Of a stretch of DNA of 45,515 nucleotides, positions 31,557-40,703 are shown piece after piece. The notes under the pieces were generated by a model. It saw nothing but the letters and a program-made list of their open reading frames with translations. It searched no databases and was not told where the DNA came from. The DNA is from a virus. A program made the translations under genes and the position numbers. Location of the stretch: the IMG/VR virus record IMGVR_UViG_3300045988_006734; one strand, given 5' to 3'. Each line of letters opens with the position of its first letter. Within the stretch, counting starts at the first letter, position 1.

Positions 31557-32369
31557 ATGGCTCATAAGATTTATGACAATTTCTTCCTCTCCAATGAGGT
31601 TGAAGACCAGTTCAATTCCCACTTGAATCTACAGCAGTTCTGCACTGTTGATAATTCTCTCGTGGGCGAAGCTGGTATGAAGCGCAAGATCAACGTCTAC
31701 ACCGCTACTGACGGTACTCAGAAGTTGGGTATGGGCGAGGGTAATACCAAGTCTATCGAAGTTTCCTACGCTGAGAAGGAGTACGAAATTCTGCTCGCTC
31801 AGAACCGTTTTGAATACTTCGATGAACAGGCTATGACTGACCCTATGCTCGTTCCTGTCGGTGTCCGCCACATGGGTACTGATATGTTCAACACGGTCAA
31901 TGCGGACATTTTCGCAGAGTTCAACAAGGCTACTCTGACTCACGAAGCTACTTCCTACGGTTTCGGCACTTTCGCTGACGCTGTTGCGAAGCTGAACCTT
32001 GAGGAGATCGAGGGTGTGAACATCTTCGGTTTCGTGAATCCGGCTGACATGGCTGAGATTCGTAAGGCTCTGAACGAAGACCTCAAGTACGTTGAGTCCT
32101 TCGCTCGTAATGGCTATGTGGGTACTGTTGCTGGTGTGAACATCTACACCAAGAAGGACGCTGTGTCCGGCACTATCATCATTGCCACTAAGGAAGCAGT
32201 TACCATCTTCAACAAGAAGGGTACTGAAATCGAGCAGATCACCAAGAATGCTCGTTCCGAGACTGCGGCTAATACTCGTCTGAACACTATCTTCTCTCGT
32301 AAGTATTACCTTGCCGCTCTGACTGACGCAACTAAGGCAGTGAAGATCACTGTTGCTGAGAGCGTCTAA
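31557..32369 (+). CDS. Major capsid protein
   Basis: Position after the scaffold gene; 270 aa; strong SD. Confidence 0.75.
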   Translation: MAHKIYDNFFLSNEVEDQFNSHLNLQQFCTVDNSLVGEAGMKRKINVYTATDGTQKLGMGEGNTKSIEVSYAEKEYEILLAQNRFEYFDEQAMTDPMLVPVGVRHMGTDMFNTVNADIFAEFNKATLTHEATSYGFGTFADAVAKLNLEEIEGVNIFGFVNPADMAEIRKALNEDLKYVESFARNGYVGTVAGVNIYTKKDAVSGTIIIATKEAVTIFNKKGTEIEQITKNARSETAANTRLNTIFSRKYYLAALTDATKAVKITVAESV

Positions 32370-32393
32370 TCTAAGAACAGGAGGACAGGAAGT

Positions 32394-32645
32394 ATGTACG
32401 AAGTTGTAAGAGCGTTCAGAGACGCTAAGAACGAAGATCACTACTACGGTGTAGGTGATACCTATCCTGTGTCCGGCTACAAGCCTACTAAGGCTCGTAT
32501 CGAGGAGCTTGAGAAGGGCAAGAACAAGCACGGCAAGGTCTATATCAAGAAGGTTGCGGAGGACGAAACTCCCGACAACGGTTCTGAGCAGACCGATGGT
32601 GCTGACACTGCCGATCAGACTCCCGACAACGGTTCTGAGGAATAA
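32394..32645 (+). CDS. Hypothetical head-associated protein with a duplicated TPDNGSE tail
   Basis: 21-bp perfect direct repeat at 32568-32588 / 32619-32639. Confidence 0.55.
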   Translation: MYEVVRAFRDAKNEDHYYGVGDTYPVSGYKPTKARIEELEKGKNKHGKVYIKKVAEDETPDNGSEQTDGADTADQTPDNGSEE

Positions 32646-32664
32646 GTAAAGGAGGTCGGATAAC

Positions 32665-32982
32665 ATGACGCACGATGAAAAGCTGACTGCGCTCAAGGCT
32701 ATGGTCGGCGGCTCTGACACTGACGAAGTGTTATCCGCCTATCTGAACCTCGCCGGAGGTAAGATTATCGCTAAAGCATATCCGTACAAAAGCGAAGTGA
32801 CCGAAGTTCCGGCTCAGTACCACTACCTACAGGTAGAGATAGCCGCCTATATGCTGAACAAGCGTGGTGCGGAAGGTCAGACTTCTCATACCGAGAACGG
32901 TATCACGAGACAGTATGAAAATGCCGATGTACCAGCTTCCATGCTGAAAGCGATTACTCCCTATTGTGGGGTGATTAAATGA
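32665..32982 (+). CDS. Head-tail connector (gp6-like)
   Basis: Size, position and the YLNLAGGKIIAKAYPY..YHYLQVEIAAYMLNKRGAEGQTSHTENG pattern. Confidence 0.6.
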   Translation: MTHDEKLTALKAMVGGSDTDEVLSAYLNLAGGKIIAKAYPYKSEVTEVPAQYHYLQVEIAAYMLNKRGAEGQTSHTENGITRQYENADVPASMLKAITPYCGVIK

Positions 32983-33386
32983 GGTGCATGAACAGAAACA
33001 AGGTAAAGTTCTTCTACTCTCTGTATGAAGGACGAGAACCTATCACAGACGAGTACGGTAATGTGACAGGCGAATATGACGTAAAACACGGTAATCCGAC
33101 TGAGGGCTATGCCAATATCTCTGCCGCAAAGGGTGAAACTCAGACACGGCAGTTCGGTGAGTCCGAGACCTATGACAAGGTAATTGTCATGGATAACGAA
33201 GCTCCTCCGATTGACGAATACTCAGTGCTTTGGGTCGATACCGTTCCCCAGCTCAATGAGGACGGTTCGTTGGCGGTGGACGAGGAAGGTAACGTGCTTA
33301 CCCCTCATGACTACATCGTCAAGAAGGTTGCAAAGAGCTTGAACAACGTGTCGATTGCGATAAGCAAGGTGAACGTCAGTGGCTAA
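32979..33386 (+). CDS. Head-tail adaptor / head closure protein
   Basis: Synteny; ATGA overlap with the previous gene. Confidence 0.5.
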   Translation: MRCMNRNKVKFFYSLYEGREPITDEYGNVTGEYDVKHGNPTEGYANISAAKGETQTRQFGESETYDKVIVMDNEAPPIDEYSVLWVDTVPQLNEDGSLAVDEEGNVLTPHDYIVKKVAKSLNNVSIAISKVNVSG

Positions 33387-33900
33387 GAAGGTTATCAAGT
33401 TCGGATTATCGGAGCGTGAGATCGACAGGGCTTTGAAGGAACTGGAACAGTACAAGCAAGACCTCATTCGTAAGACAGAAATTCTCCGTGAGAGGATTGC
33501 TGAGAGGATTGCAGACCAGTCCCGGAGCGGTTTTGCCGGAGCGATTGTAGACGATCTGTTGAAGGGCGGTCAGAGAACCGCCGAGGTCAACGTATCAGTC
33601 GAAGTCCGGGATAGTATCTCGGTGATAATCGCAAGCGGCGAGGACGCAATTTGGGCTGAGTTTGGTGCTGGTGTGTATCACAACGGTTCAGTCGGAAGCT
33701 CCCCACACCCCAAAGGTGCGGAACTCGGTTTCACAATCGGCGGTTACGGCAAAGGCATGGGTAAAAAGGAGACTTGGGGCTTCTATGAAGACGGTGAGTT
33801 GCGCTTGACGCATGGCGCACCAGCGGTAATGCCTATGTACAATGCCGTGAAGACCGTATGTGCGGAAATCGCTGATATTGCAAGGGAGGTGTTCAAATGA
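33379..33900 (+). CDS. Tail-completion / HK97 gp10-like protein (GTG start)
   Basis: Synteny only. Confidence 0.45.
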   Translation: MAKKVIKFGLSEREIDRALKELEQYKQDLIRKTEILRERIAERIADQSRSGFAGAIVDDLLKGGQRTAEVNVSVEVRDSISVIIASGEDAIWAEFGAGVYHNGSVGSSPHPKGAELGFTIGGYGKGMGKKETWGFYEDGELRLTHGAPAVMPMYNAVKTVCAEIADIAREVFK

Positions 33901-34301
33901 TTGACATGGAAAACGAGATTTTCAACGAAGTGTCTGAGAGAGTCCGGGCAAAGTACCCGAACATTTTCATGACAGGTGAGTATGTGAAGTCTCCCTCCTC
34001 TTTCCCTTGTGTATCACTTGTTGAAGCGGACAATGCGACATTCCGAAACTCGCAGACTTCCGATGGTAAAGAAAACCATGCGGCGGTCATGTACGAGCTG
34101 AATGTCTACTCCAACAAGACCAAAGGTAAAAAGGCAGAGTGTAAAGAGATCGTGGCTTTCATTGATGAAATACTCATGGAGCTGAACTTCACTCGACTTA
34201 TGCTCGAACCTGTACCTAACCAAGACGAAGCAACCATTTATCGAATGCTCGGACGCTACCGGGCAGTCATTTCAAAAAACAAAACGATTTATAGGAGGTA
34301 A
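33897..34301 (+). CDS. Tail terminator-like protein
   Basis: Synteny; ATGA overlap with the previous gene. Confidence 0.45.
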   Translation: MIDMENEIFNEVSERVRAKYPNIFMTGEYVKSPSSFPCVSLVEADNATFRNSQTSDGKENHAAVMYELNVYSNKTKGKKAECKEIVAFIDEILMELNFTRLMLEPVPNQDEATIYRMLGRYRAVISKNKTIYRR

Positions 34302-34307
34302 ACCGAA

Positions 34308-34733
34308 ATGGCAATTTCTACCTACAAGGTTTTTCTTATGAAGAAGACCGAAAATGCTTATGAAAAGCTCGTTGACATTAAGGACTTCCCCGATTTGGGT
34401 GGTGCGCCGGAAATGTTGGAGACAACTACTCTTTCCGACAAAATGCAGACCTATATTCCGGGTATTCAGTCCCTTGACGCTCTCGCTTTCACTGCGAACT
34501 ACACTAAGGAGGATTACACCAAGCTCAAGGCTCTTGAGGGTGTAGAGAACGACTACGCTGTGTGGTTCGGCGGCACTGAGGAAGCTGGTGTCGTGACTCC
34601 TACTGGCACTGATGGCAAGTTCGAGTTCAAGGGTCGGCTTTCTGCTTATCCTGTGGGCGGCGGTGTGAATGAGGTAGTTGATATGAACATCACTATCGCT
34701 CCTTCCACTCCTATCACTATGGCAGAAGCGTAA
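34308..34733 (+). CDS. Major tail protein
   Basis: Position upstream of the chaperone pair and tape measure gene; 141 aa. Confidence 0.7.
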   Translation: MAISTYKVFLMKKTENAYEKLVDIKDFPDLGGAPEMLETTTLSDKMQTYIPGIQSLDALAFTANYTKEDYTKLKALEGVENDYAVWFGGTEEAGVVTPTGTDGKFEFKGRLSAYPVGGGVNEVVDMNITIAPSTPITMAEA

Positions 34734-34759
34734 TCAAGAAATAACAGGAGGACAGACAA

Positions 34760-35089
34760 ATGGCTAAACAGCTTATTTTTACTTTTGAAGACAAGGAGTA
34801 CACGCTTGAGTTCAATCGCAGAACTGTGGCGGAAATGGAGAAGAAGGGGTTCATTGCTTCCGAGATCACGGATAAGCCCATGAGTACCCTTCCGGCTCTG
34901 TTCGCCGGAGCGTTCCTTGCACATCACAGATTTGTGAAACAGGACGTAATCGACAAAATTTATTCCAAACTTACCAAGAAAGAGGACTTGATCGGCAAGC
35001 TGGCTGAAATGTACAACGAACCGATCATGGCTCTCGTAGAGGAACCCGAAGAAGACAAGGGAAACGTGAACTGGACAGCAACTTGGTAA
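34760..35089 (+). CDS. Tail assembly chaperone (gpG-like)
   Basis: Immediately precedes the frameshift site and the tape measure gene. Confidence 0.7.
   Translation: MAKQLIFTFEDKEYTLEFNRRTVAEMEKKGFIASEITDKPMSTLPALFAGAFLAHHRFVKQDVIDKIYSKLTKKEDLIGKLAEMYNEPIMALVEEPEEDKGNVNWTATW
35059..35065 (+). promoter_or_regulatory. -1 programmed frameshift slippery heptamer G GGA AAC
   Basis: In the zero frame of 34760-35089. The -1 frame is open from 35008 to 35526. Confidence 0.65.
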
Positions 35090-35526
35090 GTGACTTGCTG
35101 TCCTCCACTGAGGGGAGTGGTGGTGTAACTGCCACTGCTCCCCTCAAAACTTACACAGAGAAATTCCATGAGCTTTTTCCGTACTATCTGTCAATCGGTA
35201 TGACCGAGGAGCAGTATTGGGACAGAGACAGCACACTTGTGGTGGCATACCGCAAGGCGGAAGAACTCAAAACCAACAGGAAAAATCAAGAAATGTGGCT
35301 ACAGGGTGCGTATGTGTACGAAGCTCTGTGCCGGGTATCTCCTCTCCTTCATGCGTTCGCCAAGAAGGGAACAAAACCTGTACCTTATATCGCTGAACCG
35401 TTTGCTATCACTGAGAAACAGGCGGAATACAGACAGGAGGAAAAGGAAAAGAAGAACTTCGATAAGGGCAAAACGATGATGGAAGGATTCATGATACGAC
35501 ACAACAAAAAGTTTGAAGGGAAGTGA
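35065..35526 (+). CDS. gpT-like extension of the tail chaperone (expressed as a G-T fusion by -1 frameshift; the ORF track starts it at TTG 35083)
   Basis: No SD before 35083; -1 frame relative to the gpG-like ORF. Confidence 0.6.
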   Translation, partial: RELDSNLVSDLLSSTEGSGGVTATAPLKTYTEKFHELFPYYLSIGMTEEQYWDRDSTLVVAYRKAEELKTNRKNQEMWLQGAYVYEALCRVSPLLHAFAKKGTKPVPYIAEPFAITEKQAEYRQEEKEKKNFDKGKTMMEGFMIRHNKKFEGK

Positions 35527-35531
35527 GAACC

Positions 35532-38500
35532 ATGTCTACTACAATCGAACAGTTAGAGGTTGAGGTACAATCCAGTGCCACGTCAGCCGTAAGTGGTATA
35601 GACGCTCTTGCTTCTTCTCTTGGTAAGTTGAAGACCGCTGTCAAAGGCGGTGTCGGCTTGACTTCTGTTGCGAAACAGCTCACCACACTGAACACTGCTT
35701 TGAGCAGTGTCAGTGCTGGTAATGCCGAAAATCTGAATAAACTTGCCAACGGATTAAAGACGCTTTCTTCCTGTGGAAGTCTCAAGCTGTCTTCCTCTGT
35801 GGCAACGCAGATCACGAACATCGGCTCTGCGATTCAGTCCTTAAATGGCACAAATTTTGGTGCGCTCAATTCCCTTGCCAATGCTCTCACTCCTTTGGCG
35901 AACATCGGTAAGTCGAATTTGAACAGTTTTATCTCTCAGTTGCAGAGATTACCGCAAGCGGTACAAGCTCTCAACTCCGTGAACATCGGTAGTTTGGGTA
36001 CTCAGATTTCCCAGCTCGTGTCGGCATTGACACCGCTCACACAGATGGGTAAGAACAACCTCACTTCCTTTATTACGCAGTTGCAGAAGTTACCACAGGT
36101 AATGACCGCTCTCAGATCGGTTGACATGGGTGCGCTGGCTTCTCAGATTCAGCAGTTGGCGAATGCCCTTGCTCCTCTCGCAACGCAAATGCAGTCTATC
36201 GCAAACGGCTTCTCCGCTTTCCCGGCGAGAATCCAGCGATTGATTAGAAGCACTAACAACCTCACCACTGCCAACAACGGTGCGTCCATGAGTTATGCGA
36301 ACCTTGCGGCGAAAATCGGTATTGCCGTAGTCGCAATGAAGCGTATCGCAAGCGTTATCGCTGGCTGGATTACTGAATCCAACAAGTACATCGAGAACTT
36401 GAACCTGTTCACGGTGTCTATGGGCGAGTATGCGAACGAAGCTCAGAAGTACGCTGAGACCGTTGCTGAGATCATGGGTATCGACCCCGGCGAGTGGTTG
36501 AGAAATCAAGGTATTTTCATGACGCTTGCGACTGGTTTTGGTGTTGTGAGTGACAGAGCGTACACCATGAGTCAGAACTTGACTCAGCTTGGTTACGACC
36601 TCTCCTCCTTCTTCAATATCAGTTACGAAGACGCTTTCCAAAAGCTACAGTCGGGTATCTCCGGCGAGCTTGAACCTCTCCGTAGGCTTGGTTTCGACCT
36701 GTCTGTGGCGAGACTGCAACAGGAAGCTCTTAACCTCGGCATTCAGAAAAATGTCAACCTCATGACACAGGCTGAGAAAGCGGAACTGAGATACTACGCT
36801 ATCATGACACAGGTCACTACCGCTCAAGGCGATATGGCTCGTACACTGGAAGCTCCGGCTAACCAGCTTCGTGTCTTGAAAGCACAGGTTACACAGTGCG
36901 CTCGTTCTTTGGGTAATATCTTTATCCCTGTTCTGAACGCTGTGTTGCCTTATGCGATTGCTCTCGCAAAGGCTATCCGTTTGGTGGCTGACGCAATCGC
37001 AAGCCTTTTCGGATTTGCTCTGCCGGAGGTCGATTACAGCGGTATTAGTAGTGCCGCTGGCGGTGTCGGTGACATTGCAGACGGTCTCGGTGACGCAACC
37101 GATAAAGCGAAGGAGCTGAAAAATGCACTCCTCGGCATTGACGAGCTGAACATCATTTCTCCGCCCGAAGATTCGTCCGGCGGCGGTGCTGGTGGTCTCG
37201 GCGGCGGTGCTGGTGGTCTCGGCTTCGAGCTTCCTACTTATGACTTCCTCGGTGACGCTGTAAACAGCAAGGTCGAAGAAATCCTCACTAAAATGAAGGA
37301 ATGGCTCGGTCTTACTGAGGACATTGACACATGGAGCGAGTTCTTCCATACGAGACTCGGCAGAATCCTTACTACCGTGGGTGCTATTGCTCTCGGTCTC
37401 GCAACGTGGAAAATTTCTCAGAGCGTTCTCACTGGCATTCAAGGTCTGTTGGCTTTGAAGAAAGCCGGATTGGGTAATGGTTTGACACTCTCCATCGGTC
37501 TGAGCTTTTCCATTGCTGGTATCGCACTGGAAGCGGTTGGTATCATTGACGCTATTCAGAACGAACTCAACGGAATGAACTTCGCTCAGATTCTTGGCGG
37601 CGGTAGTTTCATCACAATCGGCGGTGCTTTCATCGGCAAGGCGGTTGCTGGCTGGATTACCTCTGCTTTCAGCGGAAGTGCTGTTGCTACAGCTCTCTCC
37701 ACGGCGGCAACAAACTTGGGTCTCGGTACTGCAACGGCGGCTGGTGCGGCTTTGGGTGCTGGTATCGGCGGTATTATCGCTGGTATTCCGGCATACATCA
37801 CTGGCATTTATGACGCTATCAAAAACGGTATTGACTGGCTGAGTTCTGCGCTTATCGGTGCTGGTGCTACGGCGGCTGGTGCTGGTATCGGTGCTATCAT
37901 CGGTGCTTGTGGAGGTCCGATAGGAGCTGGTATCGGTGCATTGATCGGTCTCGCAGTCGGCTTGGTGACTGACGGTATCATTCTCGTAGTTCAGAAATGG
38001 GACGTAATTGTCGAGTTCCTTGACAATTTCTTTACGAAGACCATTCCGGGACTGTGGAGTGACTTCACCACTTGGCTCGGCAAGATTCCGAAACAGCTCG
38101 AAAAATTCTTCAAGTCGTTGCCCGGAAAAATCGAAGACTGGTTCGATGATCTGTGGCAACCGATTAAAGATTATGACTGGAACTCTCTCGGCTATAACAT
38201 CGGACAGTGGTTCGGTAATGCTTGGAAGACCGCAGTCAACTTCGTAACCGTAACGATTCCGACATGGTTCACTAATATGTGGAACAGTATCAAGTCTGCT
38301 TTCAAGCAGTTCTTCACTGTGACGCTTCCTACCTTCTTCACACAGACGATTCCGTCCGTGGTATCGAAGATCGGTGAGTTTTTCAAGGCTCTGCCCGGAA
38401 AAATCTACAATGCGTTCATTTCCGCAAAACAGTCCATTGTCGATATTGGCTCGGCTATCATTGATGGTATTTGGGAAGGTCTACAGTCCATTTGGAAAGC

Positions 38501-40307
38501 TATCACGGATTTCGTAGATGGTTTTGTACAGGGCTTCAAGGACGCACTCGGTATTCATTCTCCTTCCACCGTCTTCAAGGCGATTGGCGAGGACATTGTA
38601 GCCGGACTGTTACAGGGTATCGAAGGTTTCACCAATATGATGAACACCGTTAAGGAATGGGGCGCAAGTGTCATTGAGTGGTTCACTAAGGGTGAAGACG
38701 GTAAGAACATCGTAGATCATTTCAAAGAAATCGGCGGTAACATCATCGGCGGTTTCAAGGATAAGATCAGCACGACCTACACCAACGTGAAGACCAGTGT
38801 TACCACTTGGGCTTCCAAAGTGAAGGAGTGGTTCACGAACAGCTCCTTCGGCGGTATCAATCGTGAGTCTTTCGCAACCTTCGCAAACAACACCATCGAA
38901 GGATTCAAGACGAAGGTAAGCACCGCTTACACCAACGTCAAGACTTCTATCACTACATGGGCGAGCAAGGTTAAGGAATGGTTCACGAACAGCTCCTTCG
39001 GCGGTATCAATCGTGAGTCTTTCGCAACCTTCGCAAACAACACCATCGAAGGATTCAAGACGAAGGTAAGCACCGCTTACACCAACGTCAAGACTTCTAT
39101 CACTACATGGGCGAGCAAGGTTAAGGAATGGTTCACAAGCAGTTCCTTTGGTGGAGTGAACTTCTCGAACTTCTCCACATTTGCGAACAACACTATCGAG
39201 GGCTTCAAGAGCAAAATCAGCTCTGCCTATACGAACGTGAAAAGTAGCATTACGACTTGGGCTTCTAAGGTCAAGGAGTGGTTTACAAGCGGCTCGTTTG
39301 GCGGTGTGAATGCTACCTCCTTCGGTACTTACGCAAGCAATGTGATTACAGGGTTCAAGGATAAGATTTCTTCCACCTACAGTACGGTCAAGTCCTCGAT
39401 TACCACTTGGGCGAGCAACGTAAAAACGTGGTTCACCAGCGGTTCTTTCGGAGGTGTGAACAGCACTTCGTTTGCTACCTACGCAAGTAACGTAATCAAT
39501 GGGTTCAAGGACAAGATCAGTTCTGCGTACACCAACACTAAGTCCTCGATTACAACGTGGGCTTCCAACGTCAAGAGCTGGTTCAGCGGTACGGCTTCTT
39601 CCACTGCCTTTGCTGGCTATGCGAATGACATTATCAACGGCTTTAAGAACAAGATCGGTGAAGCGTACACCAATGCGAAGTCTAATATGCAGACCTTCGC
39701 TTCCAACGTGAAGTCGTGGTTCACAGGTACGGTTTCCTACAGCTCTTTCTACTCGATTGCGTCTGACGTAATCAGTGGTTTCAAGAACGGTATCGGCAAT
39801 CTGTACTCCACCTGTAAGAACACGATCAAGAGTTGGGGTTCTGACATTATCGACTGGTTCAAGGGAGTTCTCGGTATCAATTCTCCTTCTAAGGTCTTCT
39901 ACGAAATGGCTGGTTTCTCCGTTGAAGGTTTCAACAACGGTTTCAGCTTCCTCGGAAAGTCTACGAAGGGTGTGGTAAGTAGCTGGGCTGACTCCTTCAC
40001 TGCCGTGACACCTACAATGAGCTTCGCAGTAGATACCTCTGCGCTCAAGTATTATGACTCCGGCTCTTTCGCTAAGTCCGTGTCCGCAAACGTGACAAGC
40101 AACACCTCTGTCACTGCGACAGGCTTCATGGAGGGTATGGAGGAGTTCTACAGAGAGTATGTAGAACCTACGATGGCTCAGATGGCGGCTGATATGCGCC
40201 GACAGGCTGATAAGAGCGAACAGACCATCGTTCAGATCGGCAACCGAACTGTCTCTGACGCTGTAACCACTCAGCAGAAAGCAAACGGTTTCGTATTCGC
40301 TAAGTAA
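35532..40307 (+). CDS. Tail tape measure protein (GTG 35523 is an alternative start)
   Basis: About 1590 aa, with alpha-helical repeats, glycine-rich TM region, GIHSPSTVF / GINSPSKVF motifs and 50-aa tandem repeats. Confidence 0.9.
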   Translation: MSTTIEQLEVEVQSSATSAVSGIDALASSLGKLKTAVKGGVGLTSVAKQLTTLNTALSSVSAGNAENLNKLANGLKTLSSCGSLKLSSSVATQITNIGSAIQSLNGTNFGALNSLANALTPLANIGKSNLNSFISQLQRLPQAVQALNSVNIGSLGTQISQLVSALTPLTQMGKNNLTSFITQLQKLPQVMTALRSVDMGALASQIQQLANALAPLATQMQSIANGFSAFPARIQRLIRSTNNLTTANNGASMSYANLAAKIGIAVVAMKRIASVIAGWITESNKYIENLNLFTVSMGEYANEAQKYAETVAEIMGIDPGEWLRNQGIFMTLATGFGVVSDRAYTMSQNLTQLGYDLSSFFNISYEDAFQKLQSGISGELEPLRRLGFDLSVARLQQEALNLGIQKNVNLMTQAEKAELRYYAIMTQVTTAQGDMARTLEAPANQLRVLKAQVTQCARSLGNIFIPVLNAVLPYAIALAKAIRLVADAIASLFGFALPEVDYSGISSAAGGVGDIADGLGDATDKAKELKNALLGIDELNIISPPEDSSGGGAGGLGGGAGGLGFELPTYDFLGDAVNSKVEEILTKMKEWLGLTEDIDTWSEFFHTRLGRILTTVGAIALGLATWKISQSVLTGIQGLLALKKAGLGNGLTLSIGLSFSIAGIALEAVGIIDAIQNELNGMNFAQILGGGSFITIGGAFIGKAVAGWITSAFSGSAVATALSTAATNLGLGTATAAGAALGAGIGGIIAGIPAYITGIYDAIKNGIDWLSSALIGAGATAAGAGIGAIIGACGGPIGAGIGALIGLAVGLVTDGIILVVQKWDVIVEFLDNFFTKTIPGLWSDFTTWLGKIPKQLEKFFKSLPGKIEDWFDDLWQPIKDYDWNSLGYNIGQWFGNAWKTAVNFVTVTIPTWFTNMWNSIKSAFKQFFTVTLPTFFTQTIPSVVSKIGEFFKALPGKIYNAFISAKQSIVDIGSAIIDGIWEGLQSIWKAITDFVDGFVQGFKDALGIHSPSTVFKAIGEDIVAGLLQGIEGFTNMMNTVKEWGASVIEWFTKGEDGKNIVDHFKEIGGNIIGGFKDKISTTYTNVKTSVTTWASKVKEWFTNSSFGGINRESFATFANNTIEGFKTKVSTAYTNVKTSITTWASKVKEWFTNSSFGGINRESFATFANNTIEGFKTKVSTAYTNVKTSITTWASKVKEWFTSSSFGGVNFSNFSTFANNTIEGFKSKISSAYTNVKSSITTWASKVKEWFTSGSFGGVNATSFGTYASNVITGFKDKISSTYSTVKSSITTWASNVKTWFTSGSFGGVNSTSFATYASNVINGFKDKISSAYTNTKSSITTWASNVKSWFSGTASSTAFAGYANDIINGFKNKIGEAYTNAKSNMQTFASNVKSWFTGTVSYSSFYSIASDVISGFKNGIGNLYSTCKNTIKSWGSDIIDWFKGVLGINSPSKVFYEMAGFSVEGFNNGFSFLGKSTKGVVSSWADSFTAVTPTMSFAVDTSALKYYDSGSFAKSVSANVTSNTSVTATGFMEGMEEFYREYVEPTMAQMAADMRRQADKSEQTIVQIGNRTVSDAVTTQQKANGFVFAK
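38831..39136 (+). repeat. Perfect 150-bp tandem duplication inside the tape measure gene (part of ~9 diverged 50-aa units, ~38640-39870)
   Basis: 38831-38986 is identical to 38981-39136. Confidence 0.9.
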
Positions 40308-40319
40308 GGAGGGACGGTA

Positions 40320-40691
40320 ATGTCTTATATCAAGGTCAACGGATATGAATTGCCCCCTCCAAAGCGAGGGGTACACCCCATTGTCACTACAGTTGTTGAC
40401 GCTGGCAGAAATGCAAACGGAGCGGTAGTTGGTCAGCGTGTGGGTCGAGACCAGTACAAGCTCGATGGGCTTGAATGGTCTTGGCTCACCGCAGATCAAT
40501 GGAGTCGCATTCTGAGTTCGCTCAGTCCGTTCTTTGTGTACGTCAGCTTCATCGACCCGGTGAAGAATAAAGAGGTCACAATCAAGATGTACTGTGGCGA
40601 TAGAACAGGCGAACCCTATTGGGTGGACGAGAACGGACACCCAACACACTACAGAAATTGTAAGGTGAATCTTATCGACACAGGCGAGTAA
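40320..40691 (+). CDS. Putative distal tail protein-like component
   Basis: Synteny (first gene after the tape measure gene). Confidence 0.4.
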   Translation: MSYIKVNGYELPPPKRGVHPIVTTVVDAGRNANGAVVGQRVGRDQYKLDGLEWSWLTADQWSRILSSLSPFFVYVSFIDPVKNKEVTIKMYCGDRTGEPYWVDENGHPTHYRNCKVNLIDTGE

Positions 40692-40703
40692 AGGAGCGAT
40701 TTT

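Noticed and set aside
38640-39870. Regular 150-bp repeats considered as a possible CRISPR-like array
   Set aside because: The repeats are contiguous with no unique spacers, are in frame within the tape measure ORF, and diverge gradually at the protein level.
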